Source: an uncultured beta proteobacterium (GTDB taxonomy: Bacteria; Pseudomonadota; Gammaproteobacteria; Burkholderiales; Burkholderiaceae_C). Taken from it: a stretch of 64,000 nucleotides of DNA. Shown here piece after piece: positions 34,278 to 44,455 of the stretch. Under the pieces are notes generated by a model. That model did no database searches, had not been told where the DNA came from, and saw only the letters and a program-made list of their open reading frames with translations. A program made the translations under genes and the position numbers. Location of the stretch: assembly GCA_903909815.1 (NCBI GenBank), contig CAIVXG010000013.1, positions 946 to 64,945 of the forward strand. Direction: 5' to 3'. Position 1 is the stretch's first letter; every line of letters begins with the position of its first letter.

Positions 34278-35816
34278 ATGGCTGACAAACTGATTATTTT
34301 TGACACCACCTTGCGTGACGGAGAGCAGTCTCCGGGCGCGTCCATGACGCGCGACGAAAAACTGCGCATTGCGCGCCAGTTGGAGCGGCTGCGGGTGGAC
34401 GTGATCGAGGCCGGTTTCGCGGCCAGTTCCAACGGTGATTTTGAGGCAATCAAGGCCATAGCCGCCGCGATCAAGGACTCCACCATCTGCTCGCTGTCGC
34501 GGGCCAACGATCGCGACATTTCCCGTGCTGCCGAGGCACTGGCAGGCGCCAACAGCAGCCGCATTCACACCTTCATCGCGACCAGCGCCTTGCACATGGA
34601 GAAAAAGCTGCGCATGACGCCGGATCAGGTGTTCGAGCAGGCCAAGCTGGCGGTGCGCTTTGCGCGCAATCTGGTGGGGGACGTGGAGTTCAGCCCGGAG
34701 GATGGCTACCGCAGCGACCCGGACTTTCTTTGTCGTGTGATCGAAGCGGTGATTGCCGAGGGCGCCACCACCATCAACGTGCCCGATACCGTGGGCTACG
34801 CGATTCCTGAGCTCTATGGCAACTTCATCAAGAATCTGCGCGAGCGCGTTCCCAACAGTGACAAGGCGATCTGGTCGGTACATTGCCACAATGATCTGGG
34901 CATGGCGGTGGCCAATTCTCTGGCCGGCGTGAAGATCGGCGGTGCGCGTCAGGTGGAGTGCACCATCAACGGCTTGGGTGAACGCGCGGGCAACTGTGCG
35001 CTGGAAGAAGTGGTGATGGCGATCAAGACGCGCCGCGATTATTTCGACCTGGAGATGAGGATCGACACATCGCAAATCGTCGCGGCCAGTCGCATGGTGA
35101 GCCAGACCACGGGTTTTGTGGTGCAGCCCAACAAATCGGTCGTGGGAGCCAATGCTTTCGCTCACGCTTCCGGCATTCACCAGGATGGCGTGCTCAAGGC
35201 GCGCGACACCTACGAGATCATGCGTGCCGAGGACGTGGGCTGGAGCGCCAACAAGATTGTTCTGGGCAAGCTCAGCGGTCGCAATGCCTTCAAGCAGCGC
35301 CTGCTGGAACTTGGCGTGCAAATGGAGAGCGAAGCCGACATCAACACTGCCTTTGCCAAGTTCAAGGAACTGGCCGATCGCAAGAGTGAAATCTTTGAGG
35401 AAGACATTCTGGCGCTCGTAAGCGAGGAGGCGGCGACGCAGCAGCGCGAACAATATGGCTTTGTCTCCCTGTCTCAGCACAGCGAAACCGGTGAGCGACC
35501 ACATGCCACGATCGTATTCACGGTCGACGGCAAGGAAATGAAGGGCGAGTCCGATGGCAACGGCCCGGTCGACGCCTCGCTTAAGGCGATCGAATCCCAT
35601 GTCAAGAGCGGCGCCGAGATGGTGCTGTATTCGGTCAACGCCATCAGCGGTTCCACCGAGAGTCAGGGCGAAGTGACAGTGCGGCTGCAAAACAGCGGTC
35701 GCGTGGTGAATGGGGTGGGCGCCGATCCGGACATCATCGTGGCCTCGGCCAAGGCTTACTTGAGCGCACTGAATAAGCTGCAGAGCAAGGCCGATCGGGT
35801 CGCTGCCCAGGGCTGA
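34278..35816 (+). CDS. leuA: 2-isopropylmalate synthase
   Basis: [24 protein letters not shown]..., [16 protein letters not shown], and a C-terminal LeuA dimerisation/regulatory domain. Confidence 0.95.
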   Translation: MADKLIIFDTTLRDGEQSPGASMTRDEKLRIARQLERLRVDVIEAGFAASSNGDFEAIKAIAAAIKDSTICSLSRANDRDISRAAEALAGANSSRIHTFIATSALHMEKKLRMTPDQVFEQAKLAVRFARNLVGDVEFSPEDGYRSDPDFLCRVIEAVIAEGATTINVPDTVGYAIPELYGNFIKNLRERVPNSDKAIWSVHCHNDLGMAVANSLAGVKIGGARQVECTINGLGERAGNCALEEVVMAIKTRRDYFDLEMRIDTSQIVAASRMVSQTTGFVVQPNKSVVGANAFAHASGIHQDGVLKARDTYEIMRAEDVGWSANKIVLGKLSGRNAFKQRLLELGVQMESEADINTAFAKFKELADRKSEIFEEDILALVSEEAATQQREQYGFVSLSQHSETGERPHATIVFTVDGKEMKGESDGNGPVDASLKAIESHVKSGAEMVLYSVNAISGSTESQGEVTVRLQNSGRVVNGVGADPDIIVASAKAYLSALNKLQSKADRVAAQG

Positions 35817-35870
35817 TTTGGCGGCAGGTTTGAAGCACTCTTTGTGGGTTCCTTTTTTGGATTAGAAACG

Positions 35871-35902
35871 TCACGCAAGTATTTGATCTTGCGTGATTTT
35901 TT
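35871..35902 (+). terminator. intrinsic terminator after leuA
   Basis: TCACGCAAG tatttgat CTTGCGTGA followed by TTTTTT. Confidence 0.7.
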
Positions 35903-35953
35903 CTGCTTGTGTACACTCGCGCAACTTGTTCCAAGCGCAACGGAGATAAATCA

Positions 35954-36964
35954 GTGATTCGTACTATCAGCTTGGCGTCCCAACGCCTACTGGCATCGAC
36001 CGCGCTCGCGGCGCTTTTGCTGAGTCCATTTGCCGCAACGGCGGGCGATGCGGTGGAAGCGGCACCGCCCGTGGCCCACAAGAAGACGGCGCACAAGGCA
36101 GCCAAGCCCAAAGCCAAACTCACCAAGAAGCGCCCGGCAGTCGCCGCCAAGCCCTCAGCCGGACATGTGGCAGGATTGCATAACACCCACGATTCGCTGG
36201 TTTTGAAGTCAAGTGCGGCCCTGGTCATCGACCAGGATACGCACGAGGTGCTGTATGGCAAGAATCAGGAAGCCGTTTTGCCCATCGCGTCATTGACCAA
36301 GCTCATGACCGGGTTGCTGGTGACCGAGGCGATGCTGCCGATGGGAGAAAATATCACCATCACCCAGGACGATGTGGATACCGAAAAAGGCAGTAGCTCG
36401 CGCCTCAAGGTCGGCACCACGCTGACGCGCGGCGAGCTCTTGCACCTGGCGCTGATGTCGAGTGAAAACCGTGCGGCCCATGCGTTGGGACGTACTTACC
36501 CCGGTGGGCTGGAAGGCTTTGTCGCCTTGATGAACAACAAGGCCAAGGTCTTGGGCATGCAGTCCACGCATTATGTGGAGCCCACGGGGCTGTCCAGCCG
36601 CAACCAGTCCAGTGCCACGGACTTGGCGATTCTGGTGGGCACAGCCTATGGCGAGCCGTCCATGCGTGAACTCACCACTTCGCCGGATTTTCAGGTGGAA
36701 GTGGGCAATCGGACCGTGCAGTTCAATACCACCAATCGCTTGGTGAAGAGTCCAAACTGGGATATCGGCCTGCAAAAGACAGGCTACATCTCCGAAGCCG
36801 GGCGTTGTCTGGTGATGCAGACAAAGATCGCCGGACGCAAGCTCATCATGGTGTTTCTGGATTCTGCCGGCAAATTCACCCGCTTGGCTGACGCCGAGCG
36901 CGTGCGCCGTTGGGTCGAGGCCAAGCCGGCGCAACTGCCGCTTGCCAAGCCCGTCATCAGCTGA
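35954..36964 (+). CDS. pbpG: D-alanyl-D-alanine endopeptidase/carboxypeptidase (peptidase S11, PBP7-like)
   Basis: SLTK (IASLTKLM), SEN (MSSENRAA) and KTG (LQKTGYI) motifs. GTG at 35954 lies 8 nt after GGAG. Signal peptide VIRTISLASQRLLASTALAALLLSPFAATA. Confidence 0.8.
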   Translation: MIRTISLASQRLLASTALAALLLSPFAATAGDAVEAAPPVAHKKTAHKAAKPKAKLTKKRPAVAAKPSAGHVAGLHNTHDSLVLKSSAALVIDQDTHEVLYGKNQEAVLPIASLTKLMTGLLVTEAMLPMGENITITQDDVDTEKGSSSRLKVGTTLTRGELLHLALMSSENRAAHALGRTYPGGLEGFVALMNNKAKVLGMQSTHYVEPTGLSSRNQSSATDLAILVGTAYGEPSMRELTTSPDFQVEVGNRTVQFNTTNRLVKSPNWDIGLQKTGYISEAGRCLVMQTKIAGRKLIMVFLDSAGKFTRLADAERVRRWVEAKPAQLPLAKPVIS

Positions 36965-37020
36965 TTTTCTGTTTGCGGCGCTGAATCGCCGCCCCGACCG
37001 GGCGCGCTGTTGCCCGCACT

Positions 37021-37806
37021 TCAGTGGCTGGGTCCACGGTAGCCCAGCGCGGCCGAGATTTCCTCGGCTGTGGTTTGCAATTTGGCCAACCAGCCTTCGT
37101 CCAGGCGGTCGGCAGGGGCAGATATCGACAGCCCGGCGACCAGTTTGTCCTGGTCATCGTAGATCCCCGCTGCCATGCAGCGCACCCCCAACTCCAACTC
37201 CTCGTTGTCGCGCGCGATGCCGTACTGCTGTACCCGGGACAGTTCGCGCTCCAGCACCGGTAACTGCGTGATGCTGTTCTTGGTGTGCCCCGGCAAGCCG
37301 GTGCGTGCCGCGTAGGCGCGCACGCGTTGCGGGTCGTCCACGGACAGGAACAGCTTGCCCACCGAAGTCAAGTGCAGCGGCGCACGGCCACCGATGGCGC
37401 GCACCACCTGCATGCCCGAGCGTTCGCTGAAAGCGCGCTCGACATAGACGATCTCATCGCCCTGACGCATGCTCAGGTTCACCGGTTGCTGGATCAGCTT
37501 GTGCAGCTCGCGCATCGGGACCAAGGCCGCGTCGCGCGCACTCAGCCGTCCCTTGACCAGATTGCCCAACTCCAGCAAGCGCATTCCCAGGCGGTAGCGG
37601 CCCGCGACCGGGCGATCGACAAATCGACCCTGCGTCAGGTCGTTCAGGATGCGGTGCGTTGTAGACGGGTGAAGCCCGGCCTTGGCGCTGATCTCCTTGA
37701 GCGACACCGGCTCTTCGTGGGCAGCCAAAACATCGATCAGGGTGAACATGCGTTCTATCACCTGAATCGTGGGGCTCAGGGGCGGAGTCGAGTCAGTCTT
37801 TTTCAT
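37021..37806 (-). CDS. IclR family transcriptional regulator
   Basis: N-terminal wHTH (VIERMFTLIDVLAAHEEPVSLKEISAKAGLHPSTTHRILNDL) plus an IclR effector domain. ATG at 37806. Confidence 0.8.
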   Translation of the reverse strand: MKKTDSTPPLSPTIQVIERMFTLIDVLAAHEEPVSLKEISAKAGLHPSTTHRILNDLTQGRFVDRPVAGRYRLGMRLLELGNLVKGRLSARDAALVPMRELHKLIQQPVNLSMRQGDEIVYVERAFSERSGMQVVRAIGGRAPLHLTSVGKLFLSVDDPQRVRAYAARTGLPGHTKNSITQLPVLERELSRVQQYGIARDNEELELGVRCMAAGIYDDQDKLVAGLSISAPADRLDEGWLAKLQTTAEEISAALGYRGPSH

Positions 37807-37828
37807 GGCCAGACGCAAAGTGGAGTGG

Positions 37829-38605
37829 CTATATTTTATCTGGTGAAATTTTGGCCCCGTGCGAAACATCGAGTGCGCGCTGCCACTGACCTTGCTGGCG
37901 CAATTCGTGCGGAGCGAAGCGGCTCTTGTAGCGCATCTTTTCACTCTGCGCTATCCAGTAGCCCAGGTACACATATGGCAGGCCGAGTTGACGCGCCTGT
38001 TCGATTTGCCAAAGCACGCCATAGCTGCCAAAACTGGCACTTTCGTCGGGCTCAAAGAAGGTGTAAACGGCCGAGATGCCATCGTCCAGCATGTCCACCA
38101 CCGAGACCATCCTCAGCGCACCCGGTTCTCCCTCGCGCTCCGGCTCCCGATACTCCAGCAGTTGCGTGTTCACATGGCTTTGCAACAGGAACTGCGTGTA
38201 TTGATCGACGCTGTCGTGGTCCATGCCACCACCCGCATGGCGAGCATTCTGGTAGCGCAAGAAAAGTGCATAGTGTTCCGGTTCAAAGCGCAACGGCAAG
38301 ACCTTGACCGCCAGGGCCTGGTGGCGACGCCAGGCGCGGCGCTGACTGCGGTCGGGCACGAACTCGGCCACCCGCACGCGCAACGGCACACAGGCATGGC
38401 AATCGTCACAGTAGGGCCGGTACGTGAACAGGCCGCTGCGACGAAAACCCTCCTTGATCAATTGGGAATACGCGTCCTTACGTACCCAGTGACTGGGCGT
38501 GGCGACCAGCGAGCGCGCCTGTAGGCCGCTGATATAGCTGCAATCGTAGCTCGCAGTAGCATAAAACTGCACGCCGTGCGCGGGGATTTCGTGCAGATGG
38601 GTCAC
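37829..38605 (-). CDS. bpt: arginyl/aspartyl-glutamyl leucyl tRNA--protein transferase (Bpt, ATE family)
   Basis: [46 protein letters not shown]. The GTG start at 38605 overlaps the aat stop (GTGA). Confidence 0.8.
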   Translation of the reverse strand: MTHLHEIPAHGVQFYATASYDCSYISGLQARSLVATPSHWVRKDAYSQLIKEGFRRSGLFTYRPYCDDCHACVPLRVRVAEFVPDRSQRRAWRRHQALAVKVLPLRFEPEHYALFLRYQNARHAGGGMDHDSVDQYTQFLLQSHVNTQLLEYREPEREGEPGALRMVSVVDMLDDGISAVYTFFEPDESASFGSYGVLWQIEQARQLGLPYVYLGYWIAQSEKMRYKSRFAPHELRQQGQWQRALDVSHGAKISPDKI

Positions 38606-39366
38606 GCTGTTGGGGCTGCCTTTGGCATCAGTTCGTTCCAGTATTGTGGCTTGAATTTCCAAAGTGGCGCGGCTTGTGCAAGACCTTGTTCCACCTGCTG
38701 GAGGAAGTCGACGCGCGACATCTGGGCGGCCCCGAGCGAAGCCAGATGTCGTGTGTTCTGCTGGCAGTCGATCATCGCGATGCCGTGTGCCCGGCAAAAT
38801 CCCACGAGCGCCGTCAACGCTATTTTCGAGGCATCAGTGGTTTTTGCAAACATGGATTCGCCGAACACGGCCTTGCCCATGGAGACGCAATAGAGCCCGC
38901 CCACCAGTTCTCCCTGCACCCACGTTTCCACGCTGTGCGCGCAGCCCGACTCGTGCAATGCCTGATAGGCCCGAACCATGTCGGGCACGATCCAGGTACC
39001 TGACTGGCCGGCCCGCTGGCTCGTGCTGCAGGCGTGAATGACCTGTGAAAAGGCACTGTCGATGCGAATCTCGCACTGCGCGTTCTGGCGGAACTGCTGC
39101 AGCGTTTTACGCAAGGAAGGATGCAATTTGAAGTGCCGGGTTTGCAGCACCATACGCGGCTCGGTGCTCCACCACAGGATGGGTTCATTCGGACCAAACC
39201 ATGGGAAGATGCCTGCAGCGTAGGCGCGCTTGAGCGTGGCCACGTCCAGCGCGCCGCCCGCGGCCAGCAAGCCGGGGGCCGGCGTGTCTGGCCCCCAGGC
39301 CTGAGTGACGTGAGGGAAATCGTCGCCGGGCTCGAGCCAGGGGAGGGCGGGTTCGCTGCGTTGCAT
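38602..39366 (-). CDS. aat: leucyl/phenylalanyl-tRNA--protein transferase
   Basis: [42 protein letters not shown]. Confidence 0.85.
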   Translation of the reverse strand: MQRSEPALPWLEPGDDFPHVTQAWGPDTPAPGLLAAGGALDVATLKRAYAAGIFPWFGPNEPILWWSTEPRMVLQTRHFKLHPSLRKTLQQFRQNAQCEIRIDSAFSQVIHACSTSQRAGQSGTWIVPDMVRAYQALHESGCAHSVETWVQGELVGGLYCVSMGKAVFGESMFAKTTDASKIALTALVGFCRAHGIAMIDCQQNTRHLASLGAAQMSRVDFLQQVEQGLAQAAPLWKFKPQYWNELMPKAAPTA

Positions 39367-39463
39367 GGCCTGACTTTACTGAATTTTTTGCCGCGCCATA
39401 TGGCACACTGGCGCCTTTTATTTTTCCATTCCACGTCGGCGCTCGCACGACACACACTCCCTC

Positions 39464-41857
39464 ATGCAAAACATCATTGCGCAGATCGCGCAGGAAATCC
39501 GGGTTCAGGGCCATCAGGTCAAGGCCGCAGTCGACCTTCTGGACGGGGGTGCCACCGTGCCCTTTATCGCGCGTTACCGCAAGGAAGCCACGGGTGGACT
39601 CGATGACATCCAGTTGCGCGAACTGGAATACCGGTTGGGCTACCTGCGCGAGCTGTGGGAGCGGCGCGAAGCCATACTCAAGAGCATCGACGAGCAGGGC
39701 AAGCTCACCGCCGAACTGTCGGCGGCGATCCTGGCCGCACCGACCAAGCAGGAACTGGAAGACCTTTACCTGCCGTTCAAACAAAAGCGGCGCACCAAGG
39801 GGCAGATCGCGCGTGAAGCGGGCCTGGAGCCGCTGGCTGACCGGCTCTGGACCGATCCGACCCTGGACCCGGCAGTGCTGGCGTTGCCATTCATCCGAAC
39901 CTGCAAGGGTGAAGACGGCGGCGACTTCACCACGCTGCAGGCGGTGTTGGACGGCGTACGCGATATCCTGAGCGAGCGCTGGGCCGAGGACGCGTCACTG
40001 GTGCAGGGCCTGCGCGAGTGGCTGTGGCAGCAAGGCCTGCTCAAAGCCAAGCTCATGGACGGCAAGGATGCGAATCACGTCGATGTGTCCAAGTTTCGTG
40101 ATTACTTTGATTACGACGAGCCCATCGCGCGCGTGCCGTCGCACCGGGCCTTGGCAGTGTTTCGCGGGCGCTCTCTGGAAATTCTCGAGGCCAAGCTGGT
40201 GCAGCCCGAAGCTCTGCCCAGCGCCACCGCACAGGCTGGCAAGGCATCCAGGGCACCAGTCGTGAGCCTGGCCGAGGGCCGCATTGGGCTGCACCTGGGC
40301 TGGAGCCATCTGGGACGCGCGGGAGACGACTTGCTGCGCAAGTGCGTGGCCTGGACCTGGCGTGTCAAGCTCAGCCTGTCGACCGAGCGCGACCTGTTCG
40401 CGCGTTTGCGCGAGGACGCCGAGAAGGTCGCGATCAAGGTCTTTGCCGATAATCTGCGCGACCTGCTGCTGGCCGCACCCGCCGGTCCACGCGTGGTTCT
40501 GGGCCTGGATCCGGGCATTCGCACGGGGGTCAAGGTGGCGGTGGTCGACGGCACCGGCAAGCTGGTCGAAACCGCCACGGTGTTTCCGCACGAGCCGCGC
40601 CGAGACTGGGACGGCGCGCTGCACACGCTGCGAAAGTTGTGTCAGCAGCATGGCGTAAACCTGATCGCGATTGGCAACGGCACGGCCAGTCGCGAAACCG
40701 ACAAGCTCGCCGGCGACCTGATTCAGTTGCTTGCGAAGACCGGCGCTCCAGGCTCGGAGCTCAAGATCGACAAGGTGGTGGTGAGCGAGGCCGGCGCCTC
40801 AGTGTATTCGGCGAGCGAGTTCGCGTCGCAGGAAATGCCCGACGTGGACGTGAGCCTGCGCGGCGCGGCCAGCATCGCGCGCCGCTTGCAGGACCCGCTG
40901 GCCGAACTGGTGAAGATCGACCCCAAGGCCATTGGCGTGGGGCAATACCAGCATGACGTGAACCAGAGCGAGTTGGCGCGCAGCCTGGGTTCGGTGGTGG
41001 AGGATTGCGTGAACTCGGTCGGCGTGGACGTCAACACCGCCAGCGTGCCCTTGCTCAGCCGCGTCTCCGGTGTCACGCCGAGCGTGGCCAAGGCGGTGCT
41101 GCGTTGGCGCGAGTCGCACGGCGCATTTCGCAATCGCCAGCAACTGCTCGATGTCGCAGGCCTGGGGGCCAAGACGTTCGAACAATGTGCCGGGTTCCTG
41201 CGCATCCGCGGTGGCGACAATCCGCTGGACATGACGGGCGTGCACCCCGAGGCCTACAGCGTGGTCGAAAGAATCATGGCGCAGGCACAGCGTCCGATCA
41301 ACGAGTTGATGGGCCGATCCGACATGCTCAAGACCCTGCGCCCCGAGCTGTTTGCGAACGAGCGCTTTGGCGTGATCACGGTCAAGGACATCCTGAGTGA
41401 GCTGGAAAAACCCAGCCGCGATCCGCGCCCGGACTTCAAGGTGGCGCGGCTGAACGAAGGGGTGCAGGACATCCGTGACCTGCGCGAGGGCATGCTGCTC
41501 GAAGGCACGGTGAGCAACGTCGCCGCCTTTGGTGCCTTTGTGGATCTGGGTGTACACCAGGACGGTCTGGTGCACATGAGCCAGCTCAGCAACAGGTTTG
41601 TGAACGATGCGCGCGAGGTGGTGAAAACCGGAGACATCGTGAAGGTCAGGGTGGTGGAGGTTGACGTGGAGCGCAAGCGCATCAGTTTGTCGATGAAGCT
41701 GGATGTGGAAAATGCGGCCCACCGGCCACGTGAGAATCGCTTCGAAGGCGCGGCGCGCGGGCAGACGCCCCGGCGTGGGCCGGAGCTTGCCGTGCCATCG
41801 GTCATGGGGTCGGCCATGGGGTCGGCTTTTGCCAGGCTGCAAGGCTTGAAAAAATAG
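39464..41857 (+). CDS. tex: Tex-like RNA-binding transcription accessory protein
   Basis: 797 aa. VPFIARYRKEATGGLDD, a YqgF-like region and HhH, and a C-terminal S1 domain (GMLLEGTVSNVAAFGAFVDLGVHQDGLVHMSQL). Confidence 0.9.
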   Translation: MQNIIAQIAQEIRVQGHQVKAAVDLLDGGATVPFIARYRKEATGGLDDIQLRELEYRLGYLRELWERREAILKSIDEQGKLTAELSAAILAAPTKQELEDLYLPFKQKRRTKGQIAREAGLEPLADRLWTDPTLDPAVLALPFIRTCKGEDGGDFTTLQAVLDGVRDILSERWAEDASLVQGLREWLWQQGLLKAKLMDGKDANHVDVSKFRDYFDYDEPIARVPSHRALAVFRGRSLEILEAKLVQPEALPSATAQAGKASRAPVVSLAEGRIGLHLGWSHLGRAGDDLLRKCVAWTWRVKLSLSTERDLFARLREDAEKVAIKVFADNLRDLLLAAPAGPRVVLGLDPGIRTGVKVAVVDGTGKLVETATVFPHEPRRDWDGALHTLRKLCQQHGVNLIAIGNGTASRETDKLAGDLIQLLAKTGAPGSELKIDKVVVSEAGASVYSASEFASQEMPDVDVSLRGAASIARRLQDPLAELVKIDPKAIGVGQYQHDVNQSELARSLGSVVEDCVNSVGVDVNTASVPLLSRVSGVTPSVAKAVLRWRESHGAFRNRQQLLDVAGLGAKTFEQCAGFLRIRGGDNPLDMTGVHPEAYSVVERIMAQAQRPINELMGRSDMLKTLRPELFANERFGVITVKDILSELEKPSRDPRPDFKVARLNEGVQDIRDLREGMLLEGTVSNVAAFGAFVDLGVHQDGLVHMSQLSNRFVNDAREVVKTGDIVKVRVVEVDVERKRISLSMKLDVENAAHRPRENRFEGAARGQTPRRGPELAVPSVMGSAMGSAFARLQGLKK

Positions 41858-41882
41858 GTCGCCAAGGCTGCACAATGCCCCT

Positions 41883-43043
41883 ATGAAAGCCCTCAGCATC
41901 TACGCCGGTCCGCGCGCCTACGCGCATATTCGGCGCCATGGCTTGAGGCCCCAGGACGTGGGCGTGATTCCGGGGGCTGCTGGCGGACCCAAGGGGCTGA
42001 TGCTCGGTGCGCTGGATCGTTTCATCTTTGGCGACTGGCTGGCCGGTTCGCAACACGAGGTGCACCTGGTGGGTGCCTCCATCGGTGCCTGGCGCATGGC
42101 GACGGCCTGCCTGCGGGATCCGGTGTCAGCGTTTGAGCGCTTTGAGCACGATTATTTGCACCAGCACTTCGAACTGCAGCCCGGACAGAAGCGTCCCACG
42201 GCTGACTTTGTGAGTGCGCGTTTTGGCCAGAGTCTGCAGGATTTCTTCGGCGGTCGCGTGCGGGAAGTGCTGGCGCATCCGCGCTACCGACTGCACCTCG
42301 TCACGTCGCGCGGACGCCACCTGCTGCGACAAGAGAATGCCTGGCGCACGCCGCTGGGCTATCTGGGCGCGTTTGCGACGAACGCGGTATCGCGCAGGGC
42401 GATGGGGGCCTGGCTGGAGCGGGTGGTGTTTTCCTCCGATGCCTCGGCTGGCGCAGCGGGGGCGCGCGCCACCCTGCCTTTTGCCGTTAAGGACTACCGG
42501 ACCCGGCAGTTGTCTCTGACGGAGGCGAATTTCATGGACGCGTTGCAGGCCAGTTGCTCGATCCCGTTTGTGCTGCGCGCCGTAGCGTCGATTGCGGGTG
42601 CACCCGCCGGTGCCTATTGGGACGGTGGCATCACCGACTACCACCTGCATCTGGACTATGCGCGGGCCGCCAGCGCGCCGCATCTGGAGTGCTCGGATGT
42701 CTTGAGAGATGTCGAGGAGGAATCTCCGAAGCTGGTCTTGTATCCCCACTTTCAGCGCACTGTAGTGCCGGGATGGCTGGACAAGGGCCTGCCCTGGCGC
42801 CATCGCGCCACTCGATTTCTGGACACGACGGTGTTGCTGGTGCCGCGGCCGGATTGGGTCAAGACACTGCCCAATGGCAAACTGCCCGACCGCAGCGACT
42901 TCACGCACTACGGCAATGACCTTGCAGGCAGGGTGAAGGCGTGGCGTGGCGCAATTTGCGCCAGTCAGCAGTTGGCCGACGAGTTTGAGGCCTGGCTGGA
43001 CTCGTACGGGCGTGATGCAGGCGCTGAGTTGAACCGGTTATGA
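41883..43043 (+). CDS. patatin-like phospholipase family protein
   Basis: Gly-rich oxyanion region GAAGGPKG, GxSxG nucleophile GASIG, and catalytic Asp in YWDGGITDY. Confidence 0.75.
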   Translation: MKALSIYAGPRAYAHIRRHGLRPQDVGVIPGAAGGPKGLMLGALDRFIFGDWLAGSQHEVHLVGASIGAWRMATACLRDPVSAFERFEHDYLHQHFELQPGQKRPTADFVSARFGQSLQDFFGGRVREVLAHPRYRLHLVTSRGRHLLRQENAWRTPLGYLGAFATNAVSRRAMGAWLERVVFSSDASAGAAGARATLPFAVKDYRTRQLSLTEANFMDALQASCSIPFVLRAVASIAGAPAGAYWDGGITDYHLHLDYARAASAPHLECSDVLRDVEEESPKLVLYPHFQRTVVPGWLDKGLPWRHRATRFLDTTVLLVPRPDWVKTLPNGKLPDRSDFTHYGNDLAGRVKAWRGAICASQQLADEFEAWLDSYGRDAGAELNRL

Positions 43044-43144
43044 GGTCAATACGATAGCAAAGAAACAGACTGTTACCGGGCAAAGTGGAAACAGATCACG
43101 GTTACGTGCGCCCGTTAGCAAATATCGTCACAAGTCATGGCATC

Positions 43145-44455
43145 ATGGCACGCATGGCAGAAAGCACCACGGTATTTGTTGACGTTGAAGAACTTCGGAT
43201 CGGTATGTTTGTGTACCTGGACCTGGGCTGGATGTCTCATCCCTTTCCGTCCAGCAGCTTCAAGATCAGCAATGAAAGGCAGTTGGAGGCGATTCGCTCG
43301 CTGGACCTGAAGCGGGTTCGCTGCAGTGTTGCAAAAAGTGACACGAAACCGAGTACTGCGGATGCAACCCAAGAGGTTTCCGGCAGTCCGATGGCATCGG
43401 CATCCGCCGCCCAGGCTGCCGAGATATTGCAAATCGCTGCCGCCGGGGCCGCGAGGCGCCGAGATCAGTTGGCTGCACAAAAATTGCGGTTTTCTCGCTG
43501 TGAGGAGGGATTTTCACGGGCAACCCAGGCTTGCGTCCAAGTCATGGCCTGCGTTGGGGCGCAGCCCGAGGTGGCACGGGTCAAAAGCCAAGCGCTGGTG
43601 CACGAAATCGTGGATCAAATGATCGGAGACGGCGAGTCGATGATTCACCTCTTGTCCGACGGGTCAGGCGAGCGCGCGGCCTTGCACCCGGTGAACGTGA
43701 CGGTCATCAGTTTGCTGTTGGGCAAGGCCATGCAACTGCCCGAGCCGCAGTTGCAGGCACTGGGTTTGGCGGCCTTGTGGCATGACGCCGGAAAAGCACA
43801 GTTGCCAGAACGGGTGCGTTGGCGCGACCCCTCGTTCACCCCGGTGGAGGACAAAGTGCACCAGGAGCATGTGGCTTTGAGCGTTGCGAGTGCGCAGCGC
43901 ATGGGGCTTTCGGAAGCGATCTTGCAGGGCATCGCGCAACATCACGAAATGGTGGATGGAAGCGGTTTTCCCGTCGGGGTCAAGGGTGACGCCATCAGCC
44001 TGCCAGCGCGAATCTTGGCGTTGGTCAACCGCTATGACAATTTGTGCAATCCCGCCAATCCGACTCTGGCTTTGACGCCGCACGAGGCACTGGCCCTGAT
44101 CTTCGCGCAGCACCGTACGCGCTTTGATGCGGCGAGTCTGAACGCTTTTGTTCGACTCATGGGCGTTTATCCTCCGGGTTCGGTGGTGCAACTGGTGGAT
44201 GACCGCTACGCTCTGGTGATGTCGGTGAATGGCGCGCGTCCGTTGCGCCCACAAGTTCTGGTGTACGCACCTGAAGTCCCCAAGGTCGAAGCGCTGATCA
44301 TGAACCTGGAGGACGCGCCAGAGGGTGGCATCAAGCGCAGCCTCAAGCCGTTGCATCTGCCGCAGGCGGCGCTGAGCTACCTGTCGCCGCGCAAACGCAT
44401 CAGCTATTTCTTCGAACAAAAGTTGCTGCCGGAAGGCGCCGGAATCGCCGCATGA
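43145..44455 (+). CDS. HD-GYP domain c-di-GMP phosphodiesterase with N-terminal DUF3391-like domain
   Basis: LRIGMFVYLDLGWMSHPFPSSSFKI (DUF3391 pattern). HD in ALWHDAGKAQLP. HHEMVDGSGFPVG is a GYP variant reading GFP. The start is uncertain (43085 GTG, 43145 or 43154 ATG). Confidence 0.75.
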   Translation: MARMAESTTVFVDVEELRIGMFVYLDLGWMSHPFPSSSFKISNERQLEAIRSLDLKRVRCSVAKSDTKPSTADATQEVSGSPMASASAAQAAEILQIAAAGAARRRDQLAAQKLRFSRCEEGFSRATQACVQVMACVGAQPEVARVKSQALVHEIVDQMIGDGESMIHLLSDGSGERAALHPVNVTVISLLLGKAMQLPEPQLQALGLAALWHDAGKAQLPERVRWRDPSFTPVEDKVHQEHVALSVASAQRMGLSEAILQGIAQHHEMVDGSGFPVGVKGDAISLPARILALVNRYDNLCNPANPTLALTPHEALALIFAQHRTRFDAASLNAFVRLMGVYPPGSVVQLVDDRYALVMSVNGARPLRPQVLVYAPEVPKVEALIMNLEDAPEGGIKRSLKPLHLPQAALSYLSPRKRISYFFEQKLLPEGAGIAA

